From an uncultured virus (IMG/VR IMGVR_UViG_3300030419_007499) (Duplodnaviria; Heunggongvirae; Uroviricota; Caudoviricetes): a DNA stretch of 20,000 nt. The notes beneath the pieces are model-generated. The model was given only the letters and a program-made list of their open reading frames with translations, made no database searches and was not told the DNA's origin. Below, in pieces: positions 1-8,460 of this stretch. The position numbers and the translations under genes were made by a program. The stretch is from IMG/VR virus record IMGVR_UViG_3300030419_007499, positions 51,708 to 71,707 of that record; one strand, written 5' to 3'. Within the stretch, counting starts at the first letter, position 1. Each line of letters opens with the position of its first letter.

Positions 1-2
1 GC

Positions 3-215
3 GAAGGCCTTGATGAAAAGTTCTTACATGAAGGCAACAACGTTCCACTAGTTGAAATTAGTAAAGACTTTTATCGCCCAGCTGAAGTGGAACTACTTTA
101 TGGAGACTCTACTCCCGCAAGGAGAGAACTCAAGTGGGCACCAGAAGTTTCTTTTGACAATTTAGTGCAGCGTATGGTAGAATATGACTTGGAATTAGAG
201 CATGCCAAAAGGTAG
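3..215 (+). CDS. gmd: GDP-mannose 4,6-dehydratase, C-terminal part (5'-truncated by the window)
   Basis: Manual translation of frame 3 (not in the ORF track): EGLDEKF...VEISKDFYRPAEVELLYGDSTPARRELKWAPEVSFDNLVQRMVEYDLELEHAKR*. It matches the Gmd C-terminal signature RPAEV.LL.GD...A...L.W.P...F..LV..MV..D. Confidence 0.88.
   Translation, partial: EGLDEKFLHEGNNVPLVEISKDFYRPAEVELLYGDSTPARRELKWAPEVSFDNLVQRMVEYDLELEHAKR
154..183 (+). promoter_or_regulatory. sigma70-like promoter for the ORF202-recA operon
   Basis: TTGACA (154-159), 18-nt spacer, extended -10 TG-G-TAGAAT (178-183). It lies inside the gmd 3' end, and the ATG is at 202. Confidence 0.55.
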
Positions 216-567
216 AAAAAAAACATTCGAGCAAAAACTAATTGAAAAATTAGTAGTTTGCCCACATCCAAACTCTCCAAGCTCTGAGATCAACTCATTT
301 TGGGGCAGGGAGATGAAGATACTGAAGTCAGTTTTACAACAATTTCCAAATAAAGAGTTTTGGGAAAAAGTAACATTTGAAAAAAAATTCAAAAGTTTGG
401 CTACAGTTTTAGGAGATGTTGGAAAAATTTTCATAAAGAGAAAATACAGTGAGTTTCATTATAAGCCTAAGGAATTTAATATGCCAAAAATTTATGATGA
501 GACTTTTGGAGAGGATTTAGAAATAGAAAAGAAAAAAAGATCAATAAAGGATTATTTTAATGAGTAA
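202..567 (+). CDS. hypothetical protein (121 aa)
   Basis: ORF overlaps gmd and recA in the tightly coupled pattern seen throughout; no recognisable motif. Confidence 0.7.
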   Translation: MPKGRKKTFEQKLIEKLVVCPHPNSPSSEINSFWGREMKILKSVLQQFPNKEFWEKVTFEKKFKSLATVLGDVGKIFIKRKYSEFHYKPKEFNMPKIYDETFGEDLEIEKKKRSIKDYFNE

Positions 568-1654
568 AGACGTATTAACAGCAGAAGAACAGATTGAGAG
601 TTTTTTAAATGATAAAAAAAATCGACAGTACCACTATAACCACCTAAAAGAAGAAGATTATAAGATTTCTTCTGGCAGTCTTAATTTGGACTTAGCTATG
701 GATGGTGGTCTAGGCTGTGGAATACACAGGTTCACAGGAGTTAATGAGGGCGGGAAAACTAGTTGCGCATTAGCTTTTGCAAAGCACTTTCAAAGTCACT
801 TTGGAGACATAGGAAAGATAATTTACTTTAAAGCCGAGGGAAGATTATCAAGCGATATGGTAAAAAGAGCAGGAGTAAACACTGACGAGAGAAACTGGTG
901 CGTTATTGCTTGTAATATTTTTGAGAAAGTTTTTGATCTCATTCGTGACTTAGTTCAAAACAATCAAGAAAAGCGTAAGTATATGTTCATAATAGACAGT
1001 ATGGATGGTTTATGTCGCCAAGCAGATTATGACAAAGCTTTTGGAGATGCAGAACAAGTTGCGGGAGGAAGTTTAATATCTTCAGTTTTTCTTAAAAAAC
1101 AATCGCTACCAATAGCTATGAACGGACATATCGCAATCATAACAAGTCAAGTTCGCGTAGAGATACCTACTGGTTTTAGCAGGACTGGAGCTAAGCCAAA
1201 ATCTGCTGGAGGACACGCGGTTAAGCATTATGCCAACAATATATTAGAATTTGAAGAAAGATACAACGCTGACATTTTCTGGGAGAATCCAAATGCAGAA
1301 ACGGCAGATAAAAAAGGAAACCCAACTGGACACACATGCAAAATAACTTTCAAAAAGAGCGTGAACGAAAAAACTGGGGCAAAAGTTAGATATCCAATTA
1401 AGTACGGAAGAAGCAACGGAAATTCAATATGGATCGAAAGAGAACTTATAGATATGATGCTTCTTTGGGGATACTTCGACAAAAGCGGGGCATGGATTAA
1501 GTTCTCAGAAGATATTTATGAAAAATACAAAGATCTAGGATTACCAGAAAAAATACAAGGAGAACCCAAACTATTAAATCTTTTACAAGAGAACAAAGAG
1601 TTGTCTAAAGCTTTAATTGACGAGTTTAAAGAAGATATTTTAAAAAATGAATAA
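560..1654 (+). CDS. recA: RecA/UvsX-like recombinase
   Basis: ISSGSLNLDLAMDGG, Walker A GVNEGGKT, Walker B IIDSM, SQVR, SAGGHAVKHY, and C-terminal KSGAWIKF as in RecA. Confidence 0.92.
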   Translation: MSKDVLTAEEQIESFLNDKKNRQYHYNHLKEEDYKISSGSLNLDLAMDGGLGCGIHRFTGVNEGGKTSCALAFAKHFQSHFGDIGKIIYFKAEGRLSSDMVKRAGVNTDERNWCVIACNIFEKVFDLIRDLVQNNQEKRKYMFIIDSMDGLCRQADYDKAFGDAEQVAGGSLISSVFLKKQSLPIAMNGHIAIITSQVRVEIPTGFSRTGAKPKSAGGHAVKHYANNILEFEERYNADIFWENPNAETADKKGNPTGHTCKITFKKSVNEKTGAKVRYPIKYGRSNGNSIWIERELIDMMLLWGYFDKSGAWIKFSEDIYEKYKDLGLPEKIQGEPKLLNLLQENKELSKALIDEFKEDILKNE

Positions 1655-2309
1655 CCTCCAAAGACATGATTTGTTTATTTCATCTGTTTGGACTAAAAAA
1701 ATTCCCGACTCTCAAGAAATTAATAAAAATTTATTAAAAGATATATTTGAGAATAAATCAGAAAGCTCTGATCCAAATGTGTACGGAGGAAGAGAGACTG
1801 CCTTAAAATCAACAGAGCACCTTACTAAACTTTTTAATTACGCTGAATTGTTAGCTAAAGAAATTGCTGATTTTATGGGGGTTATCAGCGAAACAGGAAG
1901 GCGACCAGAGGTTTCTTGTTTTTGGGGAAATATAAATAAAGAAAAAGAATTTAATCCACCACATGTTCACGCGAACAGCAGTTTATCTGGAGCTTATTAT
2001 GTAAAAGTGCCAGATAGTGCTGAGCAAACTGAAGATCAATGCGTGCCAGCGGGGAATATTTGTTTTCACGATACTAGATTGGAAAAGTGTGCAACAACAC
2101 CTCTTTACGAAGAGAGTTTAGGATACTTAGATTTAGCCAATTATTCTTTTCAAAAGGGTAAAAAACACAATCCTTGGCTAGATAATGTCGCTAAATTTAA
2201 GCCAGAAGAAGGATTAATGATAATCTTTCCATCATGGCTTTTACATTATGTAGAGCCAAACTTATCAAGCGAAGACAGAATCGCTATATCTTTTAATATT
2301 TCTTTTTAA
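1647..2309 (+). CDS. 2OG-Fe(II) oxygenase-like protein (TIGR02466-type)
   Basis: WGNIN...FNPPHVHANSSLSGAYYVKVP ... PEEGLMIIFPSWLLHYVEPN...DRIAISFN: an HxH...H triad plus the R-x-x-x-S-F-N 2OG-binding strand. This family is common in aquatic phages. Confidence 0.88.
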   Translation: MNNLQRHDLFISSVWTKKIPDSQEINKNLLKDIFENKSESSDPNVYGGRETALKSTEHLTKLFNYAELLAKEIADFMGVISETGRRPEVSCFWGNINKEKEFNPPHVHANSSLSGAYYVKVPDSAEQTEDQCVPAGNICFHDTRLEKCATTPLYEESLGYLDLANYSFQKGKKHNPWLDNVAKFKPEEGLMIIFPSWLLHYVEPNLSSEDRIAISFNISF

Positions 2310-2313
2310 TAAA

Positions 2314-2724
2314 ATGGAATTTAAAACAATATCTGGCTCAATCAAACGAGTCAAAAATATAAGAAAAAGAATCATAGACTGGGACTCGCCCAGTAAAAGT
2401 AAACGACAAAGAGAAGTAAAAAAATTTTTAAAAAAATTCTGGCAGAGCCATGTTGTCTTTGAAGAATTTCCAGTTGCAGGCACTAGGCTCAGCATTGACT
2501 TTTACAACGCTAATAAAAGAATAGCCATAGAAGTTCAAGGATCGCAACATACAAAGTATAATAAATTTTTTCATGGAGGTCATAAAAACAACTATTTAGA
2601 ACAACTTAAAAGAGATGAAATAAAATTTAAATTTTGTGAATTAAATGAAATTTCATTAATCGAGATATATGATTCAGATGAAATTAACCTTTCTTTATTT
2701 AAAAAGTTTGACATCACACTATAA
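2314..2724 (+). CDS. Vsr/DUF559-like PD-(D/E)XK endonuclease
   Basis: FEEFPV...IDFY....IAIEVQGSQH ... RDEIKFKFCELNEISLIEI fits the Vsr-like/DUF559 pattern. Confidence 0.75.
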   Translation: MEFKTISGSIKRVKNIRKRIIDWDSPSKSKRQREVKKFLKKFWQSHVVFEEFPVAGTRLSIDFYNANKRIAIEVQGSQHTKYNKFFHGGHKNNYLEQLKRDEIKFKFCELNEISLIEIYDSDEINLSLFKKFDITL

Positions 2725-2736
2725 ATAGTGTAAAAT
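2708..2736 (+). promoter_or_regulatory. sigma70-like promoter overlapping an AGTGTAA motif
   Basis: TTGACA 2708-2713, N17, TAAAAT 2731-2736, then 6 nt to ATG 2743. AGTGTAA lies at 2727-2733. Confidence 0.7.
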
Positions 2737-2742
2737 ATATGT

Positions 2743-3012
2743 ATGAACGCAGAAGATATTGATCCAGATAATTTGCCACTATTTCAAATACCAGAGTCTT
2801 TTTTGAAAAAAATTTTCGAATTGACTGGAAGTGGCTCTGAAGGCAGGGGATTTGTGTTGTCTTATGTGGCGCAAGACGGCAGACCATTAGTTTATGCAAG
2901 AGCGGACACACAAATAATTGAAATGGGCCTTCGTAAAACCTTAGAAAAATATTTGGCAGAAGTAGAAAGAGCCGAAGATGCGCAAAATTTAAATTCAGAA
3001 AACGAAGAATAA
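2743..3012 (+). CDS. hypothetical protein (89 aa) upstream of the helicase
   Basis: Fills the gap between two promoters and has its own promoter; no motif recognised. Confidence 0.75.
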   Translation: MNAEDIDPDNLPLFQIPESFLKKIFELTGSGSEGRGFVLSYVAQDGRPLVYARADTQIIEMGLRKTLEKYLAEVERAEDAQNLNSENEE

Positions 3013-3015
3013 GTC

Positions 3016-3044
3016 TTGACGGTAGCTAAAATTTAGTCTATAAT
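3016..3044 (+). promoter_or_regulatory. sigma70-like promoter (leaderless) for the helicase-primase-nuclease operon
   Basis: TTGACG 3016-3021, N17, TATAAT 3039-3044, then 6 nt to ATG 3051. Confidence 0.82.
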
Positions 3045-3050
3045 CAGTTC

Positions 3051-4541
3051 ATGATTTTTTCGCTAGAGCTAGAAAGACAATTGCTTGCTGGTTTAATTAA
3101 ATACCCTCACAAATATTCGGATATTTCAACACTTACTACTTCCGAGGATTTTTATTCAGAAGATTCAGTTGTTCATAAAACAATCTTTAATACTCTCGCC
3201 CAAGCTATAGAAAATGGCGAAAATGTAAATGAGGCTACGGTCGCCCACAGAGTATTATCTTTAGGGATTTCGTTTGAAGATAATATAGGTATCGGCGATT
3301 ATATTAATTCTTTAGGATTAATAAAAATAAGCGAAAACTCTATTTTACATGTAGCAAAAGAATTAAAAAAGATGACCGTAAGAAGGCAGCTTGCTTCTTG
3401 TGGAGAGAGAATTTCAAAAACCATGCATAAACTAGATTCTTCGGAATCTTTTAATGACATAGTGTCTAAAGCCGATAAGCTTTACAACGGACAAGTTAAT
3501 TTATATGATGTTGGCGATAGAAAGCCAGAAAACATTTTTGATGAAATGAAAGAATGGATTGAGTTTAGGGGGGAAAATCCAATTGAAGAGTTTGGCATGA
3601 TGGGACCTCATAAAAGAGTCAATGAACTATATGGCTCTTTATTGAGGCCTGGCAATATTACAGTAATATGCGCCCGAGCTGGAGTTGGAAAAACGCAATT
3701 CTGCATGGACTTTGCAACAAAAATAAGCGCAGATTATAGTGTTCCAGTTCTACATTTTGACAATGGAGAAATGAGTAAAGAAGAATTGATAGTGAGGCAA
3801 TGTGCTGCATTATCAAAAATACCAGTTCATCTACTTGAAACAGGCTTGTGGCGCCAAGCTGGCAACGATATAGTTAAAAAAGTAAGAGAAGTCTGGAATA
3901 AAGTTAAGGACATGAAGTTTTTCTATTACAATGTTGCGGGAATGAGCTCGGAAGATATGATCAACTTATTAAAAAGATTTTATTTTTCCGAAGTTGGCAG
4001 AGGAAAGCAAATGATATTTTCTTTTGATTATATTAAAACCACTTCCGAGTCAAACGAAAAAAACAGATCCGAATGGGAGCTAGTTGGGAACATGGTTCAA
4101 AGATTTAAAGATTGTATTCATAGAGATATAAAGTTCGATGGAGAGCCAGTAATATCTATGATTACAAGTGTTCAAAGCAATCGACAGGGAATTGTGAACA
4201 ATCGTCGTGCAGAAAATATTGTTGATGATGAATCTATATTTTCTTTGTCAGATCGAATTATTCAGTTTGCATCACACGCATTTATATTACGCAAAAAGAC
4301 TGAAGATGAAATGGAACAAGAACCAAATTTTGGTACCCACAAGTTTAAATGTGTTAAGTATAGGCATCTTGGACAAGATGTAAACGGCGCGGTTAATCCA
4401 ATTAGAATGCCAGACGGTTCGTTACAACAAAATTATATTCATCTTGATTTTAATAATTTTCACATTACAGAAAAAGGCGATCTCCGAGACTTAGTGAGAT
4501 ACCTAAACCAAAACCCACAAATTGTCGAAGATGGAAACTAA
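3051..4541 (+). CDS. dnaB: DnaB-like replicative helicase (SF4)
   Basis: N-terminal S.ELERQLLAGLI...EDFY...HKTIF, Walker A ARAGVGKT, HFDNGEMSKEEL, Walker B FDYIK, SVQSNR, KYRH. Confidence 0.92.
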   Translation: MIFSLELERQLLAGLIKYPHKYSDISTLTTSEDFYSEDSVVHKTIFNTLAQAIENGENVNEATVAHRVLSLGISFEDNIGIGDYINSLGLIKISENSILHVAKELKKMTVRRQLASCGERISKTMHKLDSSESFNDIVSKADKLYNGQVNLYDVGDRKPENIFDEMKEWIEFRGENPIEEFGMMGPHKRVNELYGSLLRPGNITVICARAGVGKTQFCMDFATKISADYSVPVLHFDNGEMSKEELIVRQCAALSKIPVHLLETGLWRQAGNDIVKKVREVWNKVKDMKFFYYNVAGMSSEDMINLLKRFYFSEVGRGKQMIFSFDYIKTTSESNEKNRSEWELVGNMVQRFKDCIHRDIKFDGEPVISMITSVQSNRQGIVNNRRAENIVDDESIFSLSDRIIQFASHAFILRKKTEDEMEQEPNFGTHKFKCVKYRHLGQDVNGAVNPIRMPDGSLQQNYIHLDFNNFHITEKGDLRDLVRYLNQNPQIVEDGN

Positions 4542-5586
4542 CACCACAGATGTTAAATCAGTCCTAGAAAAATTAGGCTATAGATTGTCCGACTTTGGAG
4601 ATTCATGGCGCACAAGCGCATTATATAGAGGCGGAGATAATCCAACTGCTTTAAAAATATATAAAAACTCAGGAGTCTGGACAGATTATGTAGATGGCAA
4701 TAAGAGTATGCCGTTAGCGGCATTAGTGCAAAAAACTTTAGGAACAACTGATACGAAAATAATAAGCGAATACATTAACACAGAAAAAGATAATAATTTT
4801 ACATATAATAAAAGGAGCTCGAAAATACAAATGGAAGAAACTTACCCAGAAGAAGTATTAGACAGGTTATTACCTCATTATAAATTTTATAATTCAAAAA
4901 AGATTAGCGACGAAACACTAAAATTTTATAAATGTGGCTTAGCAACCACAGGCGCAATGAATAATAGGTATGTTTTTCCAATATACAATGATGCGGGCAA
5001 AATATGTGGATTTTCTGGTAGGAACGCCTCCAACAATGTTAATCGCGCAAAATGGAAACACATGGGCAGAAAGACTAACTGGAGCTATCCTCTTTACCTC
5101 GGCGCAGGAGCAAAGTTAGAAATACTAGAGTCCATAGATCAAAAAAAAGAAGTTATCCTTGTTGAGAGTATTGGAGACTCAATGGCCTTGTTTGAAAATG
5201 GTTATAAAAATAACTTAGTAACTTTTGGGCTAGATGCTTCTCCAAAATTAATGACGACTTTAATTACGCTAAATCCAGAAAAAATTATTATTGCTACAAA
5301 TAATGATTCGTCATCAGACAAAAACCGCGGACTAGAAAGCGCAGTTAAAATCTTTATAAAACTATTAAAATATTTTGACATTAACTCTTTAATCATAAAA
5401 CCCCCAAGCAGAAATGATTTTGGAGCCATGCAGGAACTAGAAATAAGCTTTGATAATTGGTATAATAGATCTCCAGACAAAAATAAAATGTATAAATACA
5501 TATTAAATTGTGCACAAAAATTTGGTAAAACAGTTTTTTCTCCAACGAAGCAAAAGCTTATTGAATCTAGAATCCTAAATGAATAA
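4531..5586 (+). CDS. dnaG: DnaG-like TOPRIM primase
   Basis: NRYVFPIYNDAGKICGFSGR, AKWKH, TOPRIM VILVESIGDSMAL, IIIATNND, NDFG; follows the helicase. Start set at ATG 4531. Confidence 0.87.
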   Translation: METNTTDVKSVLEKLGYRLSDFGDSWRTSALYRGGDNPTALKIYKNSGVWTDYVDGNKSMPLAALVQKTLGTTDTKIISEYINTEKDNNFTYNKRSSKIQMEETYPEEVLDRLLPHYKFYNSKKISDETLKFYKCGLATTGAMNNRYVFPIYNDAGKICGFSGRNASNNVNRAKWKHMGRKTNWSYPLYLGAGAKLEILESIDQKKEVILVESIGDSMALFENGYKNNLVTFGLDASPKLMTTLITLNPEKIIIATNNDSSSDKNRGLESAVKIFIKLLKYFDINSLIIKPPSRNDFGAMQELEISFDNWYNRSPDKNKMYKYILNCAQKFGKTVFSPTKQKLIESRILNE

Positions 5587-6628
5587 ACTTTCTGCAAGCA
5601 GAATTAAAGTCGCCCAAACTTGTTCTTGGCAGTATTGGGCTAAGTATATATTAAAGCTACCAGACAAATCAAACGACGGCGCTAAAAGGGGAAGTATATG
5701 CCATTTAGTATTTGAATGCCTAGGAAATCCTAGGCATAAAAAACATTATACAAAAATTTTAAAAAATAAAAATATATTTGCGTCAAGAGCGGTAGAGAGA
5801 TTAGTCATGAGACATGCGGTTAGAGAGAAAGTCGACGATAAGGAGAATATCTCTTTGATTAAAGATATGACACTAAATGGCCTACAATATGATTTCTTCG
5901 GAAAAGAAAACGGAAAGCCGACCGAATCAATTTCAGAAAAAGAATTTAATATAAAGATAGATAAGGATGGGAAAAAATATGCGATTAGAGGCTTTATAGA
6001 TAAGTTGTTCTTGTACAAGAGAAAAAGCTTAGCAATAATTCGTGACTTCAAGAGTAGTAAACAAATATTCAAAGGCAAAGAAGTTACAAACAACTTACAA
6101 GACTTAATGTATTGTCTTGCGGTTAAGCACTTATATCCAGATTACTTAAAAAGGCGCTCTGAATTTGTCTTTTTGAAGTTTGATCTTTCTAAAGATATGT
6201 TTGGAAAGGCTGGAAAAGGGCTATTAGAAATGAGCGCTATTGATGGAGACGAGCTAGAAGGATTTGAATATGAACTTACCGAAATACAAAAATATTTAGA
6301 TAATTTTAACATTGCCTGTGCGAAAAGCAGTTTTGCTGCAGACCAAGATTATCCAAAAGACGGAACTTTTGGCGGACCATTAGTATGCGGAAAGGAGGGA
6401 CATAAAAAGCGCAGAGGAGAGTTTTTGTTAGATGCTCAAGGGAGCAAAATAGAAAATTACATTTGTCCCGTTCGAAAACCAATGGAGTATTATGTTTTGT
6501 TAGACAAAGATGGAAAAATCTTAGCTTCAAGTTTTAAAAAAGATAAAAAAAACTTGCAACTTAAAAAACAAAAAGGCCAAAGAATAGAACTCAGAAAATA
6601 CGGCGGCTGTCCCAGATGGGAAAAATAG
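5579..6628 (+). CDS. PD-(D/E)XK exonuclease (RecB/AddB/Cas4-like)
   Basis: LSASRIKVAQTCSWQYW, GSICH, RGFIDKL, IRDFKSSK, NNLQDLMY, plus C-terminal cysteines (LVCG, YICP, GCP). Confidence 0.85.
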   Translation: MNKLSASRIKVAQTCSWQYWAKYILKLPDKSNDGAKRGSICHLVFECLGNPRHKKHYTKILKNKNIFASRAVERLVMRHAVREKVDDKENISLIKDMTLNGLQYDFFGKENGKPTESISEKEFNIKIDKDGKKYAIRGFIDKLFLYKRKSLAIIRDFKSSKQIFKGKEVTNNLQDLMYCLAVKHLYPDYLKRRSEFVFLKFDLSKDMFGKAGKGLLEMSAIDGDELEGFEYELTEIQKYLDNFNIACAKSSFAADQDYPKDGTFGGPLVCGKEGHKKRRGEFLLDAQGSKIENYICPVRKPMEYYVLLDKDGKILASSFKKDKKNLQLKKQKGQRIELRKYGGCPRWEK

Positions 6629-6630
6629 TA

Positions 6631-6659
6631 TTGACTTCAATTGTTATTTGTGGTAACAT
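6631..6659 (+). promoter_or_regulatory. sigma70-like promoter (leaderless) for PHP-cupin-exonuclease
   Basis: TTGACT 6631-6636, N17, extended -10 TG-G-TAACAT (6654-6659), then 6 nt to ATG 6666. Confidence 0.75.
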
Positions 6660-6665
6660 ATTCTT

Positions 6666-7430
6666 ATGTTGCCTTTATTCAAAAGCCACTTTTCTATTGG
6701 TAAATCAATATTAACTTTAAATTTACCGTCACAATGTACCGACGGAGGACCAGACAGCATATTTAAAATAGCTAACGACAATAATCTCGACGAACTCATT
6801 TTAGTAGAAGACTCCTTTAATGGCTTTTTACAAGCAAAGAAAAATGCAGAGGAATTAGAGATTCAGCTAATATTTGGCATAAGATTTGTAATTGCTGAAG
6901 ATATCGACGAAAAACTAAGCAAAGATAACAACAACCAACACAAAATTATTATCTTTGCAAAAAACGACGAAGGGATAAAGTCTTTATATAAAATATACAA
7001 CAGGGCCTTTGCGAGAGGATTTGGTCATTTAGATTACAAATCTCTTAAAGAGCTTTGGAACAAAAATCTAAAGTTGGCAGTTCCATTTTATGATTCTTTT
7101 TTATTTGCAAATTTAATTTCTTTTTCTAACTGCGTTCCAGACTTTACTTTTTGTAAACCAACTTTTTTTATTGAGAGCAATAACTTACCTTTTGACTTTT
7201 TAGTCGAACCAATAGTAAAGAAGTACTGCAAAGAAAATAAGTTTTCAATACAAAAAGTAAAGACAATTTATTATAACAAAAAAAGAGACGCAAAAGCCTT
7301 TCAAACATACAAATGCTTATGCTCTAGAGGTTTTGGTAGGCAAAAAACTTTAGAGGAACCAAACTTAGACCACTTTGGTAGTGATGAGTTTTGTTTCGAA
7401 AGCTGGCAAAAAGAAAATGAAAATAGATAA
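6666..7430 (+). CDS. stand-alone PHP domain of DNA polymerase III alpha (N-terminal part of a split DnaE)
   Basis: Collinear with the DnaE PHP domain: KSHFSIGKS (~HTEYSLLDG), LVEDSFNG (~ITDHGNLFG), LIFGIRF (~PIIGCE), HKIIIFAKNDEGIKSLYKI (~HLVLLAKNEEGYKNL), TIYY.KKRDAKAF (~DVHY...EDA.AH), FGSDEFCFES (~FYFKS.EEM). Confidence 0.85.
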   Translation: MLPLFKSHFSIGKSILTLNLPSQCTDGGPDSIFKIANDNNLDELILVEDSFNGFLQAKKNAEELEIQLIFGIRFVIAEDIDEKLSKDNNNQHKIIIFAKNDEGIKSLYKIYNRAFARGFGHLDYKSLKELWNKNLKLAVPFYDSFLFANLISFSNCVPDFTFCKPTFFIESNNLPFDFLVEPIVKKYCKENKFSIQKVKTIYYNKKRDAKAFQTYKCLCSRGFGRQKTLEEPNLDHFGSDEFCFESWQKENENR

Positions 7431-7797
7431 ACCAAAATACGTAGAAAAAGATTGGGGATCAGAAACTTGGTTCGCTAATAATCTAGAACATAATTACTGC
7501 GGTAAAATTCTAGAAATTAAAAAGGGGCATTCGACGTCAATGCATTTTCACATTAATAAGCACGAAGTTTTTTATATCCTTGAAGGAATACTAGAAGTAA
7601 TCTGGATAGATACAGAATCTGCCGAAGAACACATTATATATGTTCCACAAGGCATGTCAATGGAAATGCCTCAAGGTGTACCACATAGCTTAATTGCAAG
7701 CGAAACAGATGTAAAACTCATAGAAGCAAGCACATTCCACCGTGATGAAGATAGTTACCGCTTGTGGAAAACAAGCAAGCCAATAACCAAAGCATGA
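7417..7797 (+). CDS. cupin domain protein (mannose-6-phosphate isomerase/RmlC-like)
   Basis: VEKDWGSE, SMHFHINKHEVFYILEG, PQGVPHSL, IEAST. Start set at ATG 7417. Confidence 0.8.
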   Translation: MKIDKPKYVEKDWGSETWFANNLEHNYCGKILEIKKGHSTSMHFHINKHEVFYILEGILEVIWIDTESAEEHIIYVPQGMSMEMPQGVPHSLIASETDVKLIEASTFHRDEDSYRLWKTSKPITKA

Positions 7798-8435
7798 AAG
7801 ACGAATTATTAAGATACAACAACAAGCAAAAATATTTAATTTTTGATTTTGAAACTTGCAATTTAAACCTAGTCAACCCAAGTAATCGCCCATGGCAGTT
7901 ATCATTTATCATTGCAACAAAAGATAAAGTTTTGGAAAAGCATGACCACTTCTTAAAATGGAAAGACTTAAAGGTTTCCGAGGGAGCTAAAGCTGCAACT
8001 AGATTTGATTATACAAAATATAAGATTAAGTCAGAAGAGCCATTACCAATACTTAGAAAATTTGATAAAGTGCTTTACGATAAAAAATATAAAATTGTTG
8101 GGCACAACTTATTAGGCTTTGACATTTATGTGCATAATGCTTTAAGAAAGACATTAGGATTAAAAAGTGATTTTTCGTATTTACACAGACTAATAGATAC
8201 AAACTGTCTTGCCAAAGCATACAGAGAAGATATTAAATTCGATGTAAAGGATTCTTTTTTAAGTTGGCAGTTTAGGTTGGATGGATATATAAAAAGAGGC
8301 TTAAAGACTAATTTAGCAGCAATGCTTAAGGAATTTGATATAAACTTCGATAAAGACAAACTACATGATTCAATGTACGATATTCAAATGAATTTAGAAG
8401 TGTTTAAAAAGCTTCTTTGGAAGATTGACATTTGA
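7794..8435 (+). CDS. DEDDh 3'-5' exonuclease (Pol III epsilon/DnaQ-like)
   Basis: ExoI IFDFET, ExoII GHNLLGFD, ExoIII LHDSMYD. ATG 7794 forms an ATGA overlap with the cupin stop. Confidence 0.87.
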   Translation: MKDELLRYNNKQKYLIFDFETCNLNLVNPSNRPWQLSFIIATKDKVLEKHDHFLKWKDLKVSEGAKAATRFDYTKYKIKSEEPLPILRKFDKVLYDKKYKIVGHNLLGFDIYVHNALRKTLGLKSDFSYLHRLIDTNCLAKAYREDIKFDVKDSFLSWQFRLDGYIKRGLKTNLAAMLKEFDINFDKDKLHDSMYDIQMNLEVFKKLLWKIDI

Positions 8436-8453
8436 GTTTTTTTATGTTACTAT
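8425..8453 (+). promoter_or_regulatory. sigma70-like promoter (leaderless) for the DnaE core
   Basis: TTGACA 8425-8430, N17, extended -10 TG-T-TACTAT (8448-8453), then 7 nt to ATG 8461. Confidence 0.8.
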
Positions 8454-8460
8454 TATTTTT

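Noticed and set aside
5579..6628. Cas4-like nuclease as evidence of CRISPR-Cas
   Set aside because: No repeat-spacer array or other cas genes are visible, and such nucleases are common in phage replication modules.
8425..8460. ORF-track N-terminal extensions of dnaE (also at 13423, 13702, 14584, 16473, 7375, 7764)
   Set aside because: They run through promoters, terminators or upstream genes; downstream ATGs fit the promoter spacing or stop-start coupling better.
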